Origin: Candidatus Heimdallarchaeota archaeon | GTDB lineage: Archaea; Asgardarchaeota; Heimdallarchaeia; Heimdallarchaeales; Heimdallarchaeaceae | NCBI GenBank assembly: GCA_021399395.1 | Contig: JAAFKJ010000043.1 | Coordinates: forward strand, 1-64,000 | Direction of reading: 5' to 3' | DNA: 64,000 nt | Shown here: positions 39,705-50,416 of the stretch, one piece after another | How the letters are laid out: every line of letters starts with the position of its first letter | Numbering within the stretch: position 1 is the first letter of the stretch | Position numbers and translations under genes: made by a program | Notes under the pieces: generated by a model | Seen by the model: the letters and a program-made list of their open reading frames with translations, nothing else | Told to the model about the DNA's origin: nothing | Databases searched by the model: none

Positions 39705-40256
39705 CTAAAATATACCCTTGTCAAGTTTCATATACATACTACTCGTAAATGGAATGAGAGCCATAAATAATGCCCTCTTGAAAACTTCCTTTCTCATAAC
39801 ACGATTCCCAGTAAAAATTGCTGTACTTCCTCCTTTTTGTTTCACATTTTCCTCGTTTGTTATTCTATCCATAATTTCCCCCAGCTCAATTTCTTTATTT
39901 TCTTTAAGTTCCTTGTAAATAGCTCTAGGGAGTGGCATTCTACCGCCACCGGCAATTGATTTTTCTCTTTTTCGATTTGCAATGCAAACATACCAAGTAA
40001 GAAAGGAACCAAAATGATCCTCTTCCATTCCCCCCTCCATGCTAACATAATAATCAGCTTTTTCAAGATTTTGAGCAACTTCTATACGTTTCACAGCTGA
40101 ATTAAGGGTTTCATCAGAGGACATTGGTTGCTTCATAACACCAAGTTTTTGAGAAAGATCTATTGTTTTAACTTCAACATTCTTAAAATGGGATTTAAAC
40201 GCTTCTTCGGCAGCTGAAATCTTTACTGGGTTTTTTGAACAGACAATTATTTTCAT
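39705..40256 (-). CDS. yjjX: Inosine/xanthosine triphosphatase (YjjX family)
   Basis: SKNPVK, QPM, EGG, ELGEIMD, KQKGG, FT..R..R. Confidence 0.88.
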   Translation of the reverse strand: MKIIVCSKNPVKISAAEEAFKSHFKNVEVKTIDLSQKLGVMKQPMSSDETLNSAVKRIEVAQNLEKADYYVSMEGGMEEDHFGSFLTWYVCIANRKREKSIAGGGRMPLPRAIYKELKENKEIELGEIMDRITNEENVKQKGGSTAIFTGNRVMRKEVFKRALFMALIPFTSSMYMKLDKGIF

Positions 40257-40324
40257 TATTTTCAGTCTCTAAATAATGATATCTTTTTTAAGCATGATGT
40301 ACAATCATATTTTAGGTGTTTAGG

Positions 40325-41152
40325 ATGAATGAGTGCCACTATTGTAGAAACCCGGTACAATCTCATTGGAACTTTTGTCGAAAATGTGGAGCAAGGCAGG
40401 TTCATAGAGAAGAACCAGAACTGGTTATAAAATCAGAAGAAGTCATCGAAATAGCTAAAGAAGATCCAGAATCCCCAACAGGTATGATATATGAACCTCT
40501 TGAAGTAGAAGAGATCAAAGTTGAGGAAAAAGAAGAAAAGAAAGATCTCACTGATGATGAGCTTGTTGAAAGAATTGCTGAAGTTATTATTAAGCGAGAG
40601 CAGTTTAATACACTCCTGAAAAAGAAAGCAGAACTTGATGATGAAATAAATAAACTTCTAGATCGAGTAAAAAACAAATTAATTCCTAGAGATGAAGCTT
40701 TACCAAAAATCAAGAAATTAAAAGAAGAAGTTGAATATATTACTTCCCAAGAAGATGAGTTTGAGGACTTTTCAGCTATTTTGCCAATCGAGGAGATTAT
40801 AGAGGATAGAGAAAATGAACGTCAAAAACTCAAAAAACTATCCGGTTTAAAGGGAGACAAAGCTGTTAGTAGAGCTACGTTGGAAGAAATGGAAACTAAG
40901 TTTAAGAAAAACATCGATAATCTCAAAACAAAATTGAATATTGAGTTAGCAAAGATGCGAAAAACCTTTGATGCATTAGAAAGGAAAATGAAATCTCTTC
41001 AGAGAGATTTAGAAGTTCTGTATGTTAACTCACAAACTGGAGAGATTACAGCTAAAAAATACGAGCAACATAAACAAGAGAAATCTAAAGAAATAGATAA
41101 AATGAAGAAAGTTAGTAAAACTGTTGCAAGTATTTTAGCAGAAGCAAGGTAA
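40325..41152 (+). CDS. Zinc-ribbon + coiled-coil protein, CdvA-like coiled-coil
   Basis: CHYC...FCRKCG, a long coiled coil, and GEITAKKY. Confidence 0.65.
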   Translation: MNECHYCRNPVQSHWNFCRKCGARQVHREEPELVIKSEEVIEIAKEDPESPTGMIYEPLEVEEIKVEEKEEKKDLTDDELVERIAEVIIKREQFNTLLKKKAELDDEINKLLDRVKNKLIPRDEALPKIKKLKEEVEYITSQEDEFEDFSAILPIEEIIEDRENERQKLKKLSGLKGDKAVSRATLEEMETKFKKNIDNLKTKLNIELAKMRKTFDALERKMKSLQRDLEVLYVNSQTGEITAKKYEQHKQEKSKEIDKMKKVSKTVASILAEAR

Positions 41153-42151
41153 GTGGGTGTAAAAATGATATCAGATCCAATTCATACAATTAATGATAAA
41201 TTAACTATTATAGATGGACCTTCTGGTGATGGAGGAGAACGTAATAGAGGATATTTACTTGGTAAAGACTCTTTTACTATCATAAATACTGGAAGGAAGG
41301 GAAGTATAGAGAATACATTTCTTGAGGCTATTCATAATAAGGGAAAGGACACAAAGGATGTAAAATATATTTTCATAACTCATCCTTATCCAGATGTAAT
41401 AGGTGGAGTTTATCGTTTAAAGAAAATATTTCCAAAAGCTCAAGTAGCTATCCATGAAAAATGCGAAGAAATAATGAAAGATCCGAATGCAATTAGAGAC
41501 GATAATTTTAAATTTACTCGAAAAGAAAAATTGTATTTTGCTATAAAGAAGGATCCTTTTGACGATTTGGAGAAATTCAAACCAGATATATATTTCAAAG
41601 ATGGAGATAAGTTCGAATTGGATAACACAAAACTGATGGTGATAAACTTTGACAGTGTATGTAAAGGTCATAGTATGTTCTTCGCAACAAAAGAAAGAGC
41701 TATGTTCACAGGCGATGCCCTTAATCTCTATCCTGCATTACCCAGCAGTTATCTGATTGATTTTTCAGGATCATACAAGGACTGGTTAAAGAATCTTTCA
41801 TTTCTTGAAAAAGCACAGAACATATCAATGATATGTCCAGCTCATGATGGATATCAAGAAGATAGACATGTCATTCCATACATCTCTGATGTAAAAGAAG
41901 CTTTCAACCAATTCGAAAATCAACTCGAAATGGCAATGACTGAGCAGAAGTATTTGACTATGAATGAACTGATTGAAAGAGTTCACAATTCCCAAGGAAT
42001 TGTCTGGTATCATCCATATTCTATTCTTGCGCCAAAAGCAAACATGACTGCACATCTAGCAAAATTGGTGGATGAACAAAAAGTCCAAAGAAACGAAAAA
42101 ACAGATCCAGTTACTTATACTTACATCGCTCCAAAAGATGAATTTTTCTAA
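41153..42151 (+). CDS. Metallo-beta-lactamase-fold protein with degenerate metal motifs
   Basis: INTG, THPYPDVIGG, KGH, FTGD, PAH and a C-terminal winged-helix-like tail. Confidence 0.8.
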   Translation: MGVKMISDPIHTINDKLTIIDGPSGDGGERNRGYLLGKDSFTIINTGRKGSIENTFLEAIHNKGKDTKDVKYIFITHPYPDVIGGVYRLKKIFPKAQVAIHEKCEEIMKDPNAIRDDNFKFTRKEKLYFAIKKDPFDDLEKFKPDIYFKDGDKFELDNTKLMVINFDSVCKGHSMFFATKERAMFTGDALNLYPALPSSYLIDFSGSYKDWLKNLSFLEKAQNISMICPAHDGYQEDRHVIPYISDVKEAFNQFENQLEMAMTEQKYLTMNELIERVHNSQGIVWYHPYSILAPKANMTAHLAKLVDEQKVQRNEKTDPVTYTYIAPKDEFF

Positions 42152-42161
42152 GCGTCTTTGC

Positions 42162-43346
42162 TTAGAATTCTTTTATTATTTCTTTCAAAACTGAGAATGG
42201 ATTTTCTATGTTTTTTACAGAAACTTGTGCGAATGCTTTGCTTCCTCCTCCTTTTGCATCAGTTTTAGAACCAAAAGCACTTACAACTTCATTTGCCGGT
42301 AAAGACTCGATAGTTGAGAGGAGATATAAAATATCGTTACTCCCCAATAAACCAAGAAAAGCGTTGTTCTCAAGCTCCTTAGCAGATGATTGTATGATTT
42401 GTCTATCTAATTGTTCTAATTCAAGAAGAGTTACTTGCTTACCATTAATTTCCTCACTCCAGATTTTAGTATTTTCAAAAATCATTTTTAATAGTTTAAC
42501 ATTTCCTTGAATTAGGGTTTCAGCGTTTTTTAGTTTGTTTGAAATCAATTCAATAAGTTTCTTATCTTTCTTTTCGGTAATTTCTTCTAAATTGATCATC
42601 AACTCTCGCTGTTGATTAGCGAAGTCGAATGCAAGTTCATCGACAAAATATTTGATAAGATTTCCTTTGACAGTATCCAATACAATCCCTTTAATCTCTG
42701 AAAGATTTTTGACATGAATACCACCACAACCTACTAGATCATACCCTTCTTCAGAGCCGAGTTGAATTAAACGGATGGTTTTTTCATCAGAAGTCTTTCC
42801 TCTTATTTTTGATTTATATTCACTAGAATAAGTTTCTTGATTAACTATGATGGATACAACTTCATCTCCTTGATGTAACATTCGGTTTACTTCTCTGAAA
42901 GCATCAACAATCTCAGAAAGTTTAAGCCTTTTATCAACTTCAATCTCTACTCTCCCAATTTCAAAATTAGCTTTAGTTGTTTGGCACCTGTATCTCTTTA
43001 TTAAAACATGAGTGAGTAGATGTTGAGAAGAGTGTGCCCTCATAAAACTATATCTCCTTTCCCAGTCAAGTTTAAGCAGAACTTCTTCACCAATTTTAAG
43101 AGGAATTTTTTTATCCATCTTAATCTTATGCCAGTATCCATCATCTTCTTTGAAAACTTCACTAACAGGAAACTCAGTTGTTTGATATATTATGTATCCT
43201 CTATCATGTAACTGTCCTCCCCCTCCTGGATAGAAAATTGTTTGATCAAACTGTAGCTTAGAATCTCTAATATTTGTTATTTTAGCTTTAATCTCTTTTT
43301 GATAGGGTGAATCCCAATATATGGGGTTAGAAGTTTCCTGATTCAT
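42162..43346 (-). CDS. alaX: Alanyl-tRNA editing protein AlaX with a C-terminal DHHA1 domain
   Basis: TIFYPGGGGQLHDRG, HSSQH, CGGIH, KGGGSKAFAQ. Confidence 0.9.
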   Translation of the reverse strand: MNQETSNPIYWDSPYQKEIKAKITNIRDSKLQFDQTIFYPGGGGQLHDRGYIIYQTTEFPVSEVFKEDDGYWHKIKMDKKIPLKIGEEVLLKLDWERRYSFMRAHSSQHLLTHVLIKRYRCQTTKANFEIGRVEIEVDKRLKLSEIVDAFREVNRMLHQGDEVVSIIVNQETYSSEYKSKIRGKTSDEKTIRLIQLGSEEGYDLVGCGGIHVKNLSEIKGIVLDTVKGNLIKYFVDELAFDFANQQRELMINLEEITEKKDKKLIELISNKLKNAETLIQGNVKLLKMIFENTKIWSEEINGKQVTLLELEQLDRQIIQSSAKELENNAFLGLLGSNDILYLLSTIESLPANEVVSAFGSKTDAKGGGSKAFAQVSVKNIENPFSVLKEIIKEF

Positions 43347-43416
43347 TGATGGGAATACTTTGTTTTAATAAAAAAAGTTGTGATAGAATAGAGGAAATAA
43401 GAAATAAAGGTAGGAA

Positions 43417-44061
43417 TTATTGCTTCTTCAGTTTCCCACCACAGCTTGTACAAAATTCATCAGCTGCATTATTGGTAGCTCCACAGTTAGTGCAGAAAAC
43501 CTCCCCAGCTTGTTTTACTGGTTTCTCTACAGGTTGGTAAGTAGCTTGAGCTGGTTGAACAGGTTGGTAAGTAGCTTGAGCTGGTTGAACAGGTTGGTAA
43601 GGAGCTGATACATCTGTCTGTTCTCCTGCTTTATCTTTCCATACAGCTTCACCTATGGCTGATCCAATAGCTGCTGTTCCAACAAAAATAAGTGATGCTA
43701 CTATCATTACAACTATGAAAATTATCCCAATAACAACAAGCAATATGGCCCCTACTCCTCCTATTAAAGCACCGAAAATGTCATCAGCTAGGTCTTGAGC
43801 AAAAGTTTCTCCTGCAGCGAACATTATAACTCCAACTACTATTCCGAAAAGAGCCATTAACCCAGAAATAGCGCCTGCAATTTTAACTCCATCACTCTTA
43901 TATGCCAAGAATCCTAAAACTAATCCACCTAGTATGACTCCTCCTGTTGTAAAACCTAGAGTGCCATAGTTTCCTGTATTTAGGAAAATTGCCATAGGAA
44001 TCATTATTCCGAGTCCTGCTACAGTTCCTAATAAATCGAATAATAATCTATTACGTGCCAT
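43417..44061 (-). CDS. Membrane protein with a repeat linker and C-terminal zinc ribbon
   Basis: Four Gly-rich TM segments, (YQPVQPAQAT)n, FCTNCG...FCTSCG. Confidence 0.8.
   Translation of the reverse strand: MARNRLLFDLLGTVAGLGIMIPMAIFLNTGNYGTLGFTTGGVILGGLVLGFLAYKSDGVKIAGAISGLMALFGIVVGVIMFAAGETFAQDLADDIFGALIGGVGAILLVVIGIIFIVVMIVASLIFVGTAAIGSAIGEAVWKDKAGEQTDVSAPYQPVQPAQATYQPVQPAQATYQPVEKPVKQAGEVFCTNCGATNNAADEFCTSCGGKLKKQ
43529..43601 (+). repeat. 30-bp tandem repeat (about 2.4 copies), in frame
   Basis: AGGTTGGTAAGTAGCTTGAGCTGGTTGAAC at 43531 and 43561, with a partial copy at 43591. Confidence 0.95.
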
Positions 44062-44183
44062 GAATTATTACTATGCTTTTAACTATATATTTGTTTAGAA
44101 ACCAGAAAATCCTCATTTTCTCTATTTAAAAAGTATTATTCCAAAAATTTTTAACAAAACACAAAGAGTGATTGTTGAGAGCT

Positions 44184-45605
44184 ATGACAGCACGACTAGA
44201 AAAATATTTCAACGCTAAATCATTCTGCGTTGTAGGGGCATCGACAACACCAAATAAACCTGGAAATGTCGTAGCATACAATTTTGTTAATTATTTTCCG
44301 GGAAAAACATACTTGGTTAATCCAAGAGGTGGAGAATTATTCGATAAGAAACTCTACAAATCAGTTCTGGAAATTGATGATCAGATTGATGCGGCTTGTA
44401 TAATTGTTCCTGCTAAATATGCACCACTAACATTAGAACAATGTGGTCAGAAAGGTATAAAAAATGTGATAATTACTACTGGTGGTTTTAGTGAAGCAGG
44501 TGAAGAAGGTTTAGCATTACAAAAACAAATGCTTGACATTATGGACAAATATCAAATAAACGTTATCGGTCCAAACTGTTTAGGATTATATTCTCCTGCA
44601 CTAGGTTATGACACAATGTTTTTGCCAGCGAGCAAATTAAAGAGACCAAAGAATGGGCCTGTATCGATATTTACACAAAGTGGAGCTTTTGGTGCTGCTT
44701 TTATTGATCAATTATCTAGATTGGGCTCTGGAAAATGGGTATCCAAGTTTGTATCCTATGGAAATGCCAGTGATATAAATGAAACAGATGCTCTGGAATA
44801 TGTTGGTGGTGATCCTGATACTAAGATGGTTCTCATCTATCTTGAGGATTTCAAAGATGGACGAAGATTTATGGAAAAAGCGAGAGAGATTTCTTTAACG
44901 AAACCTATTATGGGGATTAAAGCAAATAGAACCGAAACAGGCGCAAAGGCAGGGGCCTCTCATACAGCTGCTCTATCCTCAGATGATGCAATTGTTGATG
45001 ATCTATTGAGTGATGCGGGTGTCATAAGAGTAATAACATGGGATCAACTAGAAGATTGTGTTCTGGTATTTGGTACACAACCTCTTCCTCTAGGTGATCG
45101 AGTAGCAATAGTAACTGATGGTGGAGGAGCAGGAGTAATGGCCTCTGATATGGTTTCTGATTGTAATCTGAAATTAGCAGAATTTTCTGTAGATGTCCAA
45201 ACTAAATTGGATGAGATTTTCCCATCATTTTATTCTACAGGAAACCCCATTGATATTACAGGAAGTGCGACAGCTGAAGATTATAGGATAGCCTTAGAAG
45301 CAGCTTATAACGATCCAAATGTTGATTCAGTTGTTAATATTTGTGTCCCCGTAATCCCTGACTTAGATATTAATGAATATATAGCTATTACAAAGGAAAT
45401 TGCGAAGAGAAAGGAAAAGCCATTCGTTACTTCTCTTGTAGGTGGTGAAGAAGCAGATTTCGCAACTGCTGAATTACTAAAAGAAGATATTCCTGTTTTT
45501 ACTAGTCCTGGAAGAGCTGTTAAGGCTTTAGGAATGTTAACTGATTATACGAAATATTTGAAGAAAAGAGGAGTGGATCCTCGTTCAATTTTGGCGGAGG
45601 AGTAG
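44184..45605 (+). CDS. ADP-forming acetate/acyl-CoA ligase alpha subunit
   Basis: VVGAS, VNP, IGPNCLG, QSGA, SYGN, ASHTAAL, DGGGAGV, NPID. Confidence 0.94.
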   Translation: MTARLEKYFNAKSFCVVGASTTPNKPGNVVAYNFVNYFPGKTYLVNPRGGELFDKKLYKSVLEIDDQIDAACIIVPAKYAPLTLEQCGQKGIKNVIITTGGFSEAGEEGLALQKQMLDIMDKYQINVIGPNCLGLYSPALGYDTMFLPASKLKRPKNGPVSIFTQSGAFGAAFIDQLSRLGSGKWVSKFVSYGNASDINETDALEYVGGDPDTKMVLIYLEDFKDGRRFMEKAREISLTKPIMGIKANRTETGAKAGASHTAALSSDDAIVDDLLSDAGVIRVITWDQLEDCVLVFGTQPLPLGDRVAIVTDGGGAGVMASDMVSDCNLKLAEFSVDVQTKLDEIFPSFYSTGNPIDITGSATAEDYRIALEAAYNDPNVDSVVNICVPVIPDLDINEYIAITKEIAKRKEKPFVTSLVGGEEADFATAELLKEDIPVFTSPGRAVKALGMLTDYTKYLKKRGVDPRSILAEE

Positions 45606-45607
45606 AA

Positions 45608-46294
45608 ATGAGCGATATTAACCATATTATACAAAAAGTAAAAATAGAAAATCGTGATGCACTTCTAGAACATGAGGCTAAAGAAGTTCTGAAAGCAATT
45701 GGAATTCATATTCCCCCTTCTATACTTGCTAATAATGAACAAGAAGCAGTTGATGCAGCAGATTCTTTTGGCTATCCAGTTGTGATGAAATTAATGTCTC
45801 CAGACGTTCTTCATAAAACAGATGCTAAAGCTGTTATAATTGATCTGAATTCCTCTGAAGCTGTTAGACATACTTTTCAAGATTTCATGAATCGATTTCA
45901 AGGGGTGAATGTTGCAGGAGTACTTGTCGAAAAAATGGTCGAGAAGGGTATTGAACTAATTATTGGAACTAATACTGATGATGATTTTGGACCTGTGATA
46001 CTTTTTGGTGTTGGAGGTGTTTTAGTTGAGGCTATCAAAGATGTTGTATTCATGATGTGTCCAACAACAAAGGAACAAGCCACCGATGCTATAAATGAAA
46101 TAAAGGCCAAAGTTATTTTAGAAGGATTTAGAGGACTCCCAGCAGTAAACAAAGATGAATTAGCAGATTTAATTGTTAAAATATCCTCACTTGCTTGGGA
46201 ATATAGAGAAGATATACTTGAAATGGATATCAATCCAATAATAGCTAACAGCTCAGGACTTCATCCTGTTGATGCAAGAATCATTTTGAAATAA
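45608..46294 (+). CDS. ADP-forming acetate/acyl-CoA ligase beta subunit
   Basis: GYPVVMK, HKTD, FGVGGVLVE, EMDINP, DARI. Confidence 0.93.
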   Translation: MSDINHIIQKVKIENRDALLEHEAKEVLKAIGIHIPPSILANNEQEAVDAADSFGYPVVMKLMSPDVLHKTDAKAVIIDLNSSEAVRHTFQDFMNRFQGVNVAGVLVEKMVEKGIELIIGTNTDDDFGPVILFGVGGVLVEAIKDVVFMMCPTTKEQATDAINEIKAKVILEGFRGLPAVNKDELADLIVKISSLAWEYREDILEMDINPIIANSSGLHPVDARIILK

Positions 46295-46343
46295 CTACTT
46301 CTTTCTTTTCTTTTTCTTACTTAAAATAGAAAAGAATATTGTA

Positions 46344-48545
46344 CTAGATCTCTTCCCAGTCTTCTTCGAGTTCTATTATTTCTTCTTCCTCTTCTCTTGA
46401 AGCGAATTTCATATCAAGTTCTGATAGTGTTTTCTTGAGAGTTTCTAGTACTTTAGAATCATCTTCATAATGTTGTGAATCAATAACTCGTTTGTAAATA
46501 TCTTCAGGAAGATTTTCAAAATACCTAATGCTGTATGCAATAGAATTTCTGACTTTAGGATTTCGATCATTTTCTAATATATTGATTAATCTCTCAAGTG
46601 TCTCTTGGTTATTCAAATATAGAAGACACATTGCAGCTGTTGCTCTTTCTATTGGAAACTTACTATCCAACATTGAGATAAGACTCAAATTAGTTTGAAC
46701 AGATTCATTTCTTTTAGTAAGTACCAAAGCCAACCAAATACGAATGAATTCTGGAGATTGATCAAAACTTTCTTCAATTTTTGACATATCCAAATCTCTT
46801 CTTAGAATCAACTCTTTTATCGCAGTTTCTGTATTGTCTCCAGCCAAAGATAGAACTAAAGATCCGAGATTATCCCTTCTGAGATTGGGTAATATAATCA
46901 TCGGTACATAGAAAACTGCTATTAATGGATAATATCCAACAGTATTATAAACAAGATAGTTGATCGCTACGAAGAAGTAGATTACTCCCCCTATTAATCC
47001 AATAACTTTCAGAGGATATTGATATTTGAATCTACCTCGGGGGATGGGGTTTTTGACAAAGAAGAAAGCTATAGCAAAGGCTATCGCCCCAATAGAAATA
47101 GGTAATGCAGTGTAAAGGAAGATCGCAGTTCCAACCAATGTCTGACTCGTAATAGCTGTTGCTAGATACATGATAATGAAATAAATAACCACAGGTATTC
47201 CTGTAGAGAGTGCTAAAATTGTGATTCTTCTCCTACGTAATTTCTTTTCCAAAAGTGAGGATTGTTTTCTTAATGTTGGTACTACTGGATCTGTCATTTG
47301 AAGAGTAGCTTGTGTCATGCTTTTCATTAAACCAGTATAACTTTGCGCACCATATCTTTTGGTTATAAGTGAATTAACTAACCCTACTAATACAATGAAT
47401 ATTATCAACGAAAATAATATTCCAAGAAATTGGAAAATAAACTGCAAAACTATCTCAATTATCATTATTACAATAAAAAATAACAGAAGTGCTACACCTT
47501 GCTTCCTGAGAGTTTTCCAGGTTGTTTTAGCGAAACTAACTGTATCTCTATAGAAAATGATAGGATAGAGCCCCATTCCAAAAAGTCCAGCAAGCTGGAG
47601 GTTTTTCATAACATCGATTAAGGTTGATGAAAGGTAAGAATCCTTGGGAAACCCCCATTTCAAGATTATAAGGAACTCAAAAATATTGGATGTTTCGTAA
47701 CCAAATCCAAACCCTAGAAATAGAATGAGAATTGTTAACTCTATTCTTCTACTTAGGTGATATACCAAGATCGTTACTAAAGACACGATCAAATAATAGA
47801 ATAGATCCGTAAAAAATGGTATAAGCAAAGAGTAAGATTTTTCTTGGAAAGCAGGAATTAGATATTGTGGCATTGAAAATTGCGATAATAGATAGAACAT
47901 CAATAGTATTGTAGCAGCAGCAACTGCAACACCATCCATTGTGTTTACTTTTTTATTTATGGAATACATAATTCCTGCATATAATAGTGCGAAAACTGCC
48001 GTTGCAAGAATTATTGATCCAAGTAGAAATATGTATTCATTTGTTGCTTTCCAATCTATTTCTACTACAGGAGTTGATGGATCAACTGGTTGATCAGGAT
48101 CTGTTCGACTTATAATTCCCGCAATTTTGTTTGCTGCAGGTTGAAGATGAGAATTATAGAGATATGATAGACCAAGAATAAAAGACAAACCGAAGAATGC
48201 TATTTTTAATATATTAAGCTTCTTTCCAGCAATCTTTTTAGGGGAATTGATTCGTATTCCCAATTTTATAAAATAATAGACACACAATCCCACAACTGCA
48301 ATCATCGTGCCAACATAAATCAGAATATATGACCCCGGATTAATGGTCTCACTTTGACCAAATAAATCGTTGAAAACTTTTAGATTCATGGTAAAACCTA
48401 ATAGAATAGCTAAAAGAATACCTAATAACTGTCCACCAAATTGAACTGTCCAATCCATGAAAATGAGGTCTCGTGCAAGAATGACACTAAAACGTTCAAA
48501 CTTCTCTTCTTCGGTTTTCTCTGTTTTAGTTTCCTTTTCTGACAT
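46344..48545 (-). CDS. Polytopic membrane protein with C-terminal HEAT-like repeats
   Basis: About 14 hydrophobic segments; ERATAAMCL, NDRNPKVRNSIAYSI, DDSKVLETLKKTL. Confidence 0.75.
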   Translation of the reverse strand: MSEKETKTEKTEEEKFERFSVILARDLIFMDWTVQFGGQLLGILLAILLGFTMNLKVFNDLFGQSETINPGSYILIYVGTMIAVVGLCVYYFIKLGIRINSPKKIAGKKLNILKIAFFGLSFILGLSYLYNSHLQPAANKIAGIISRTDPDQPVDPSTPVVEIDWKATNEYIFLLGSIILATAVFALLYAGIMYSINKKVNTMDGVAVAAATILLMFYLLSQFSMPQYLIPAFQEKSYSLLIPFFTDLFYYLIVSLVTILVYHLSRRIELTILILFLGFGFGYETSNIFEFLIILKWGFPKDSYLSSTLIDVMKNLQLAGLFGMGLYPIIFYRDTVSFAKTTWKTLRKQGVALLLFFIVIMIIEIVLQFIFQFLGILFSLIIFIVLVGLVNSLITKRYGAQSYTGLMKSMTQATLQMTDPVVPTLRKQSSLLEKKLRRRRITILALSTGIPVVIYFIIMYLATAITSQTLVGTAIFLYTALPISIGAIAFAIAFFFVKNPIPRGRFKYQYPLKVIGLIGGVIYFFVAINYLVYNTVGYYPLIAVFYVPMIILPNLRRDNLGSLVLSLAGDNTETAIKELILRRDLDMSKIEESFDQSPEFIRIWLALVLTKRNESVQTNLSLISMLDSKFPIERATAAMCLLYLNNQETLERLINILENDRNPKVRNSIAYSIRYFENLPEDIYKRVIDSQHYEDDSKVLETLKKTLSELDMKFASREEEEEIIELEEDWEEI

Positions 48546-48547
48546 AT

Positions 48548-50416
48548 CTAAACCTCAATATCGCTAAGGATGACATCAAATCTCCTCTTTCTACTCTTAA
48601 CATATTTCCTAATTCGTTTTGATACTATATAGAAGATTACTAGAACAATACCAACGGCTATTGCTATTCCTGTATAAATTACATTCCAATTTCTACTTAC
48701 AATGATGAAAATTTGATAGGTATTATCAAATTCATAAAGTTCATAGATCTGACTTCCTGCATCAACAGTAATTGAGACATTCCAAACTCGTAACCCGAAT
48801 CCTTGAAATTCATCGTATTGAAGATCAAATGTTTCATCAACATCTAAACTCTCAATTTGTCTAGTCAACTTGATAGTATCATTCAAAGCTAATGATACCC
48901 AGAATGGAGCTGAAAGAATTGTCCCATTGTTCTGAATCGTAAAGTCTATTTGTAGCCTTCTAAATTCCGTAGCATTTTCGGGACTTACAATAACATCTTT
49001 AACGTTTAGGTTTGGAAAACGATACCAAGAATAAATATCAGTCGAGTTTTCATCATATTCCGAAAAATAGGAAAATATATTCATGGGATAAAGAATATTT
49101 GCTGAACTGTTCCAATTTTCATTTTCTGGAGCAGATGTTATAGTATTGCTAAAGGCCTGACCCATTGCTATTATTCCTAAAGAATCATTAGAATAATACG
49201 TTAGAATACTACCCTCACCTCTAGTTATCATACTTGCTAAGTCATAGATTAATGTCCCATTATCCCCAACATACATGGGAACGATATCAGTCCCATCTTG
49301 CAAAACAATGACACCTAATCTTTGGTTAGAGTATGATATTGCCGTATAGAAAAATTCAGCATATTTCATATTGATTGGTGCAATGTACTGGATTCCTGAT
49401 TTATGCGCTGTACCATTAATTGTATAATTGTAAAGTATTGATAAAGAGAAATTGGAATTGATAAAAGAAATATTATAAAAAGACTCACCCGGAGTTATAA
49501 GGTCATTTGTAAGAGTAGCAGTGCCATTATTGGGCAAAGTAATAAAACCAGTATCATCTAGATCAGTCTGATAAATAGCATTTCCTCCTTCTCCTAGTGT
49601 TGAGAGAGTTATCTCTGCATCTCCTTGAAGAAGAGGTATCAAATCAGTATCAGGCGGTGGATAGATATAATATTGGGTTCCCCAGAGAAAATGGGGAATA
49701 GCAGTAAAAGCAAAAGAGCCTTCTTGAAGAGAAAGTGAATAGAAAACTACTCCTATTGGACCAGAACCTCTGATAATTGATCCTTCCATTACATCGACAT
49801 CTATTGTTTGTCCAACAAAGTCTATGTCTTCAGTTTGGTCAGTTTCACCCGGAGTAATAATTGTTACCTCTGAATTGTTAAACCCAGCAACAATTTTAGC
49901 CTTCATATTATCATGCGGACTTTGATATTCATCACCCCACATAGACATAACTAAGGGAGAATAGGAAAAAGTATCATCTGAATCATCGGTTTCAGATTGA
50001 TGATAAACATTAATCTGTAATGGTACAAATGTCTGTATTAAAGATCCGTTTTCCATATTTAATTCAGTTGCAGAATTTAGGATGAGTGTTTGATTTGCGT
50101 TAATATAAACTGTTGATTCGTATTCTACAGATTCAAAACCAAAGATTATTGGAACTTCATCATAGAAGGATGTGATTTTTACAATAGTAGGACCGAAAGG
50201 ACCGGATCTAAAGAGTAATGGTAATCTATAATTGAGATACAATCCTCCTGCAGAACTCCCACCTCCCGTGTCCTCTCCTCCACCGGGGGGAGGAATCTCT
50301 CCTGAACTGGGACTACCTGCGTAAGTATAACTAACTGAATATGAAGTTGTAATAGATAAAGGACTTACTACTAACATAAAGAAAATAAATACTGCTGAAA
50401 TAACTTGTTTCTTCAT
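48548..50416 (-). CDS. Surface glycoprotein, IgGFc-binding-like region + CARDB domain + TM anchor
   Basis: Signal peptide; PxxxWGxxY repeats (PLVMSMWGDEY, PHFLWGTQYY); CARDB PNL..IQNNG..VDAGSQIYELYEFDN; TM + basic tail. Confidence 0.7.
   Translation of the reverse strand: MKKQVISAVFIFFMLVVSPLSITTSYSVSYTYAGSPSSGEIPPPGGGEDTGGGSSAGGLYLNYRLPLLFRSGPFGPTIVKITSFYDEVPIIFGFESVEYESTVYINANQTLILNSATELNMENGSLIQTFVPLQINVYHQSETDDSDDTFSYSPLVMSMWGDEYQSPHDNMKAKIVAGFNNSEVTIITPGETDQTEDIDFVGQTIDVDVMEGSIIRGSGPIGVVFYSLSLQEGSFAFTAIPHFLWGTQYYIYPPPDTDLIPLLQGDAEITLSTLGEGGNAIYQTDLDDTGFITLPNNGTATLTNDLITPGESFYNISFINSNFSLSILYNYTINGTAHKSGIQYIAPINMKYAEFFYTAISYSNQRLGVIVLQDGTDIVPMYVGDNGTLIYDLASMITRGEGSILTYYSNDSLGIIAMGQAFSNTITSAPENENWNSSANILYPMNIFSYFSEYDENSTDIYSWYRFPNLNVKDVIVSPENATEFRRLQIDFTIQNNGTILSAPFWVSLALNDTIKLTRQIESLDVDETFDLQYDEFQGFGLRVWNVSITVDAGSQIYELYEFDNTYQIFIIVSRNWNVIYTGIAIAVGIVLVIFYIVSKRIRKYVKSRKRRFDVILSDIEV

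Noticed and set aside
43529-43601. Possible CRISPR array
   Set aside because: The 30-bp units are contiguous with no spacers and are in frame within a CDS; no cas genes are present.
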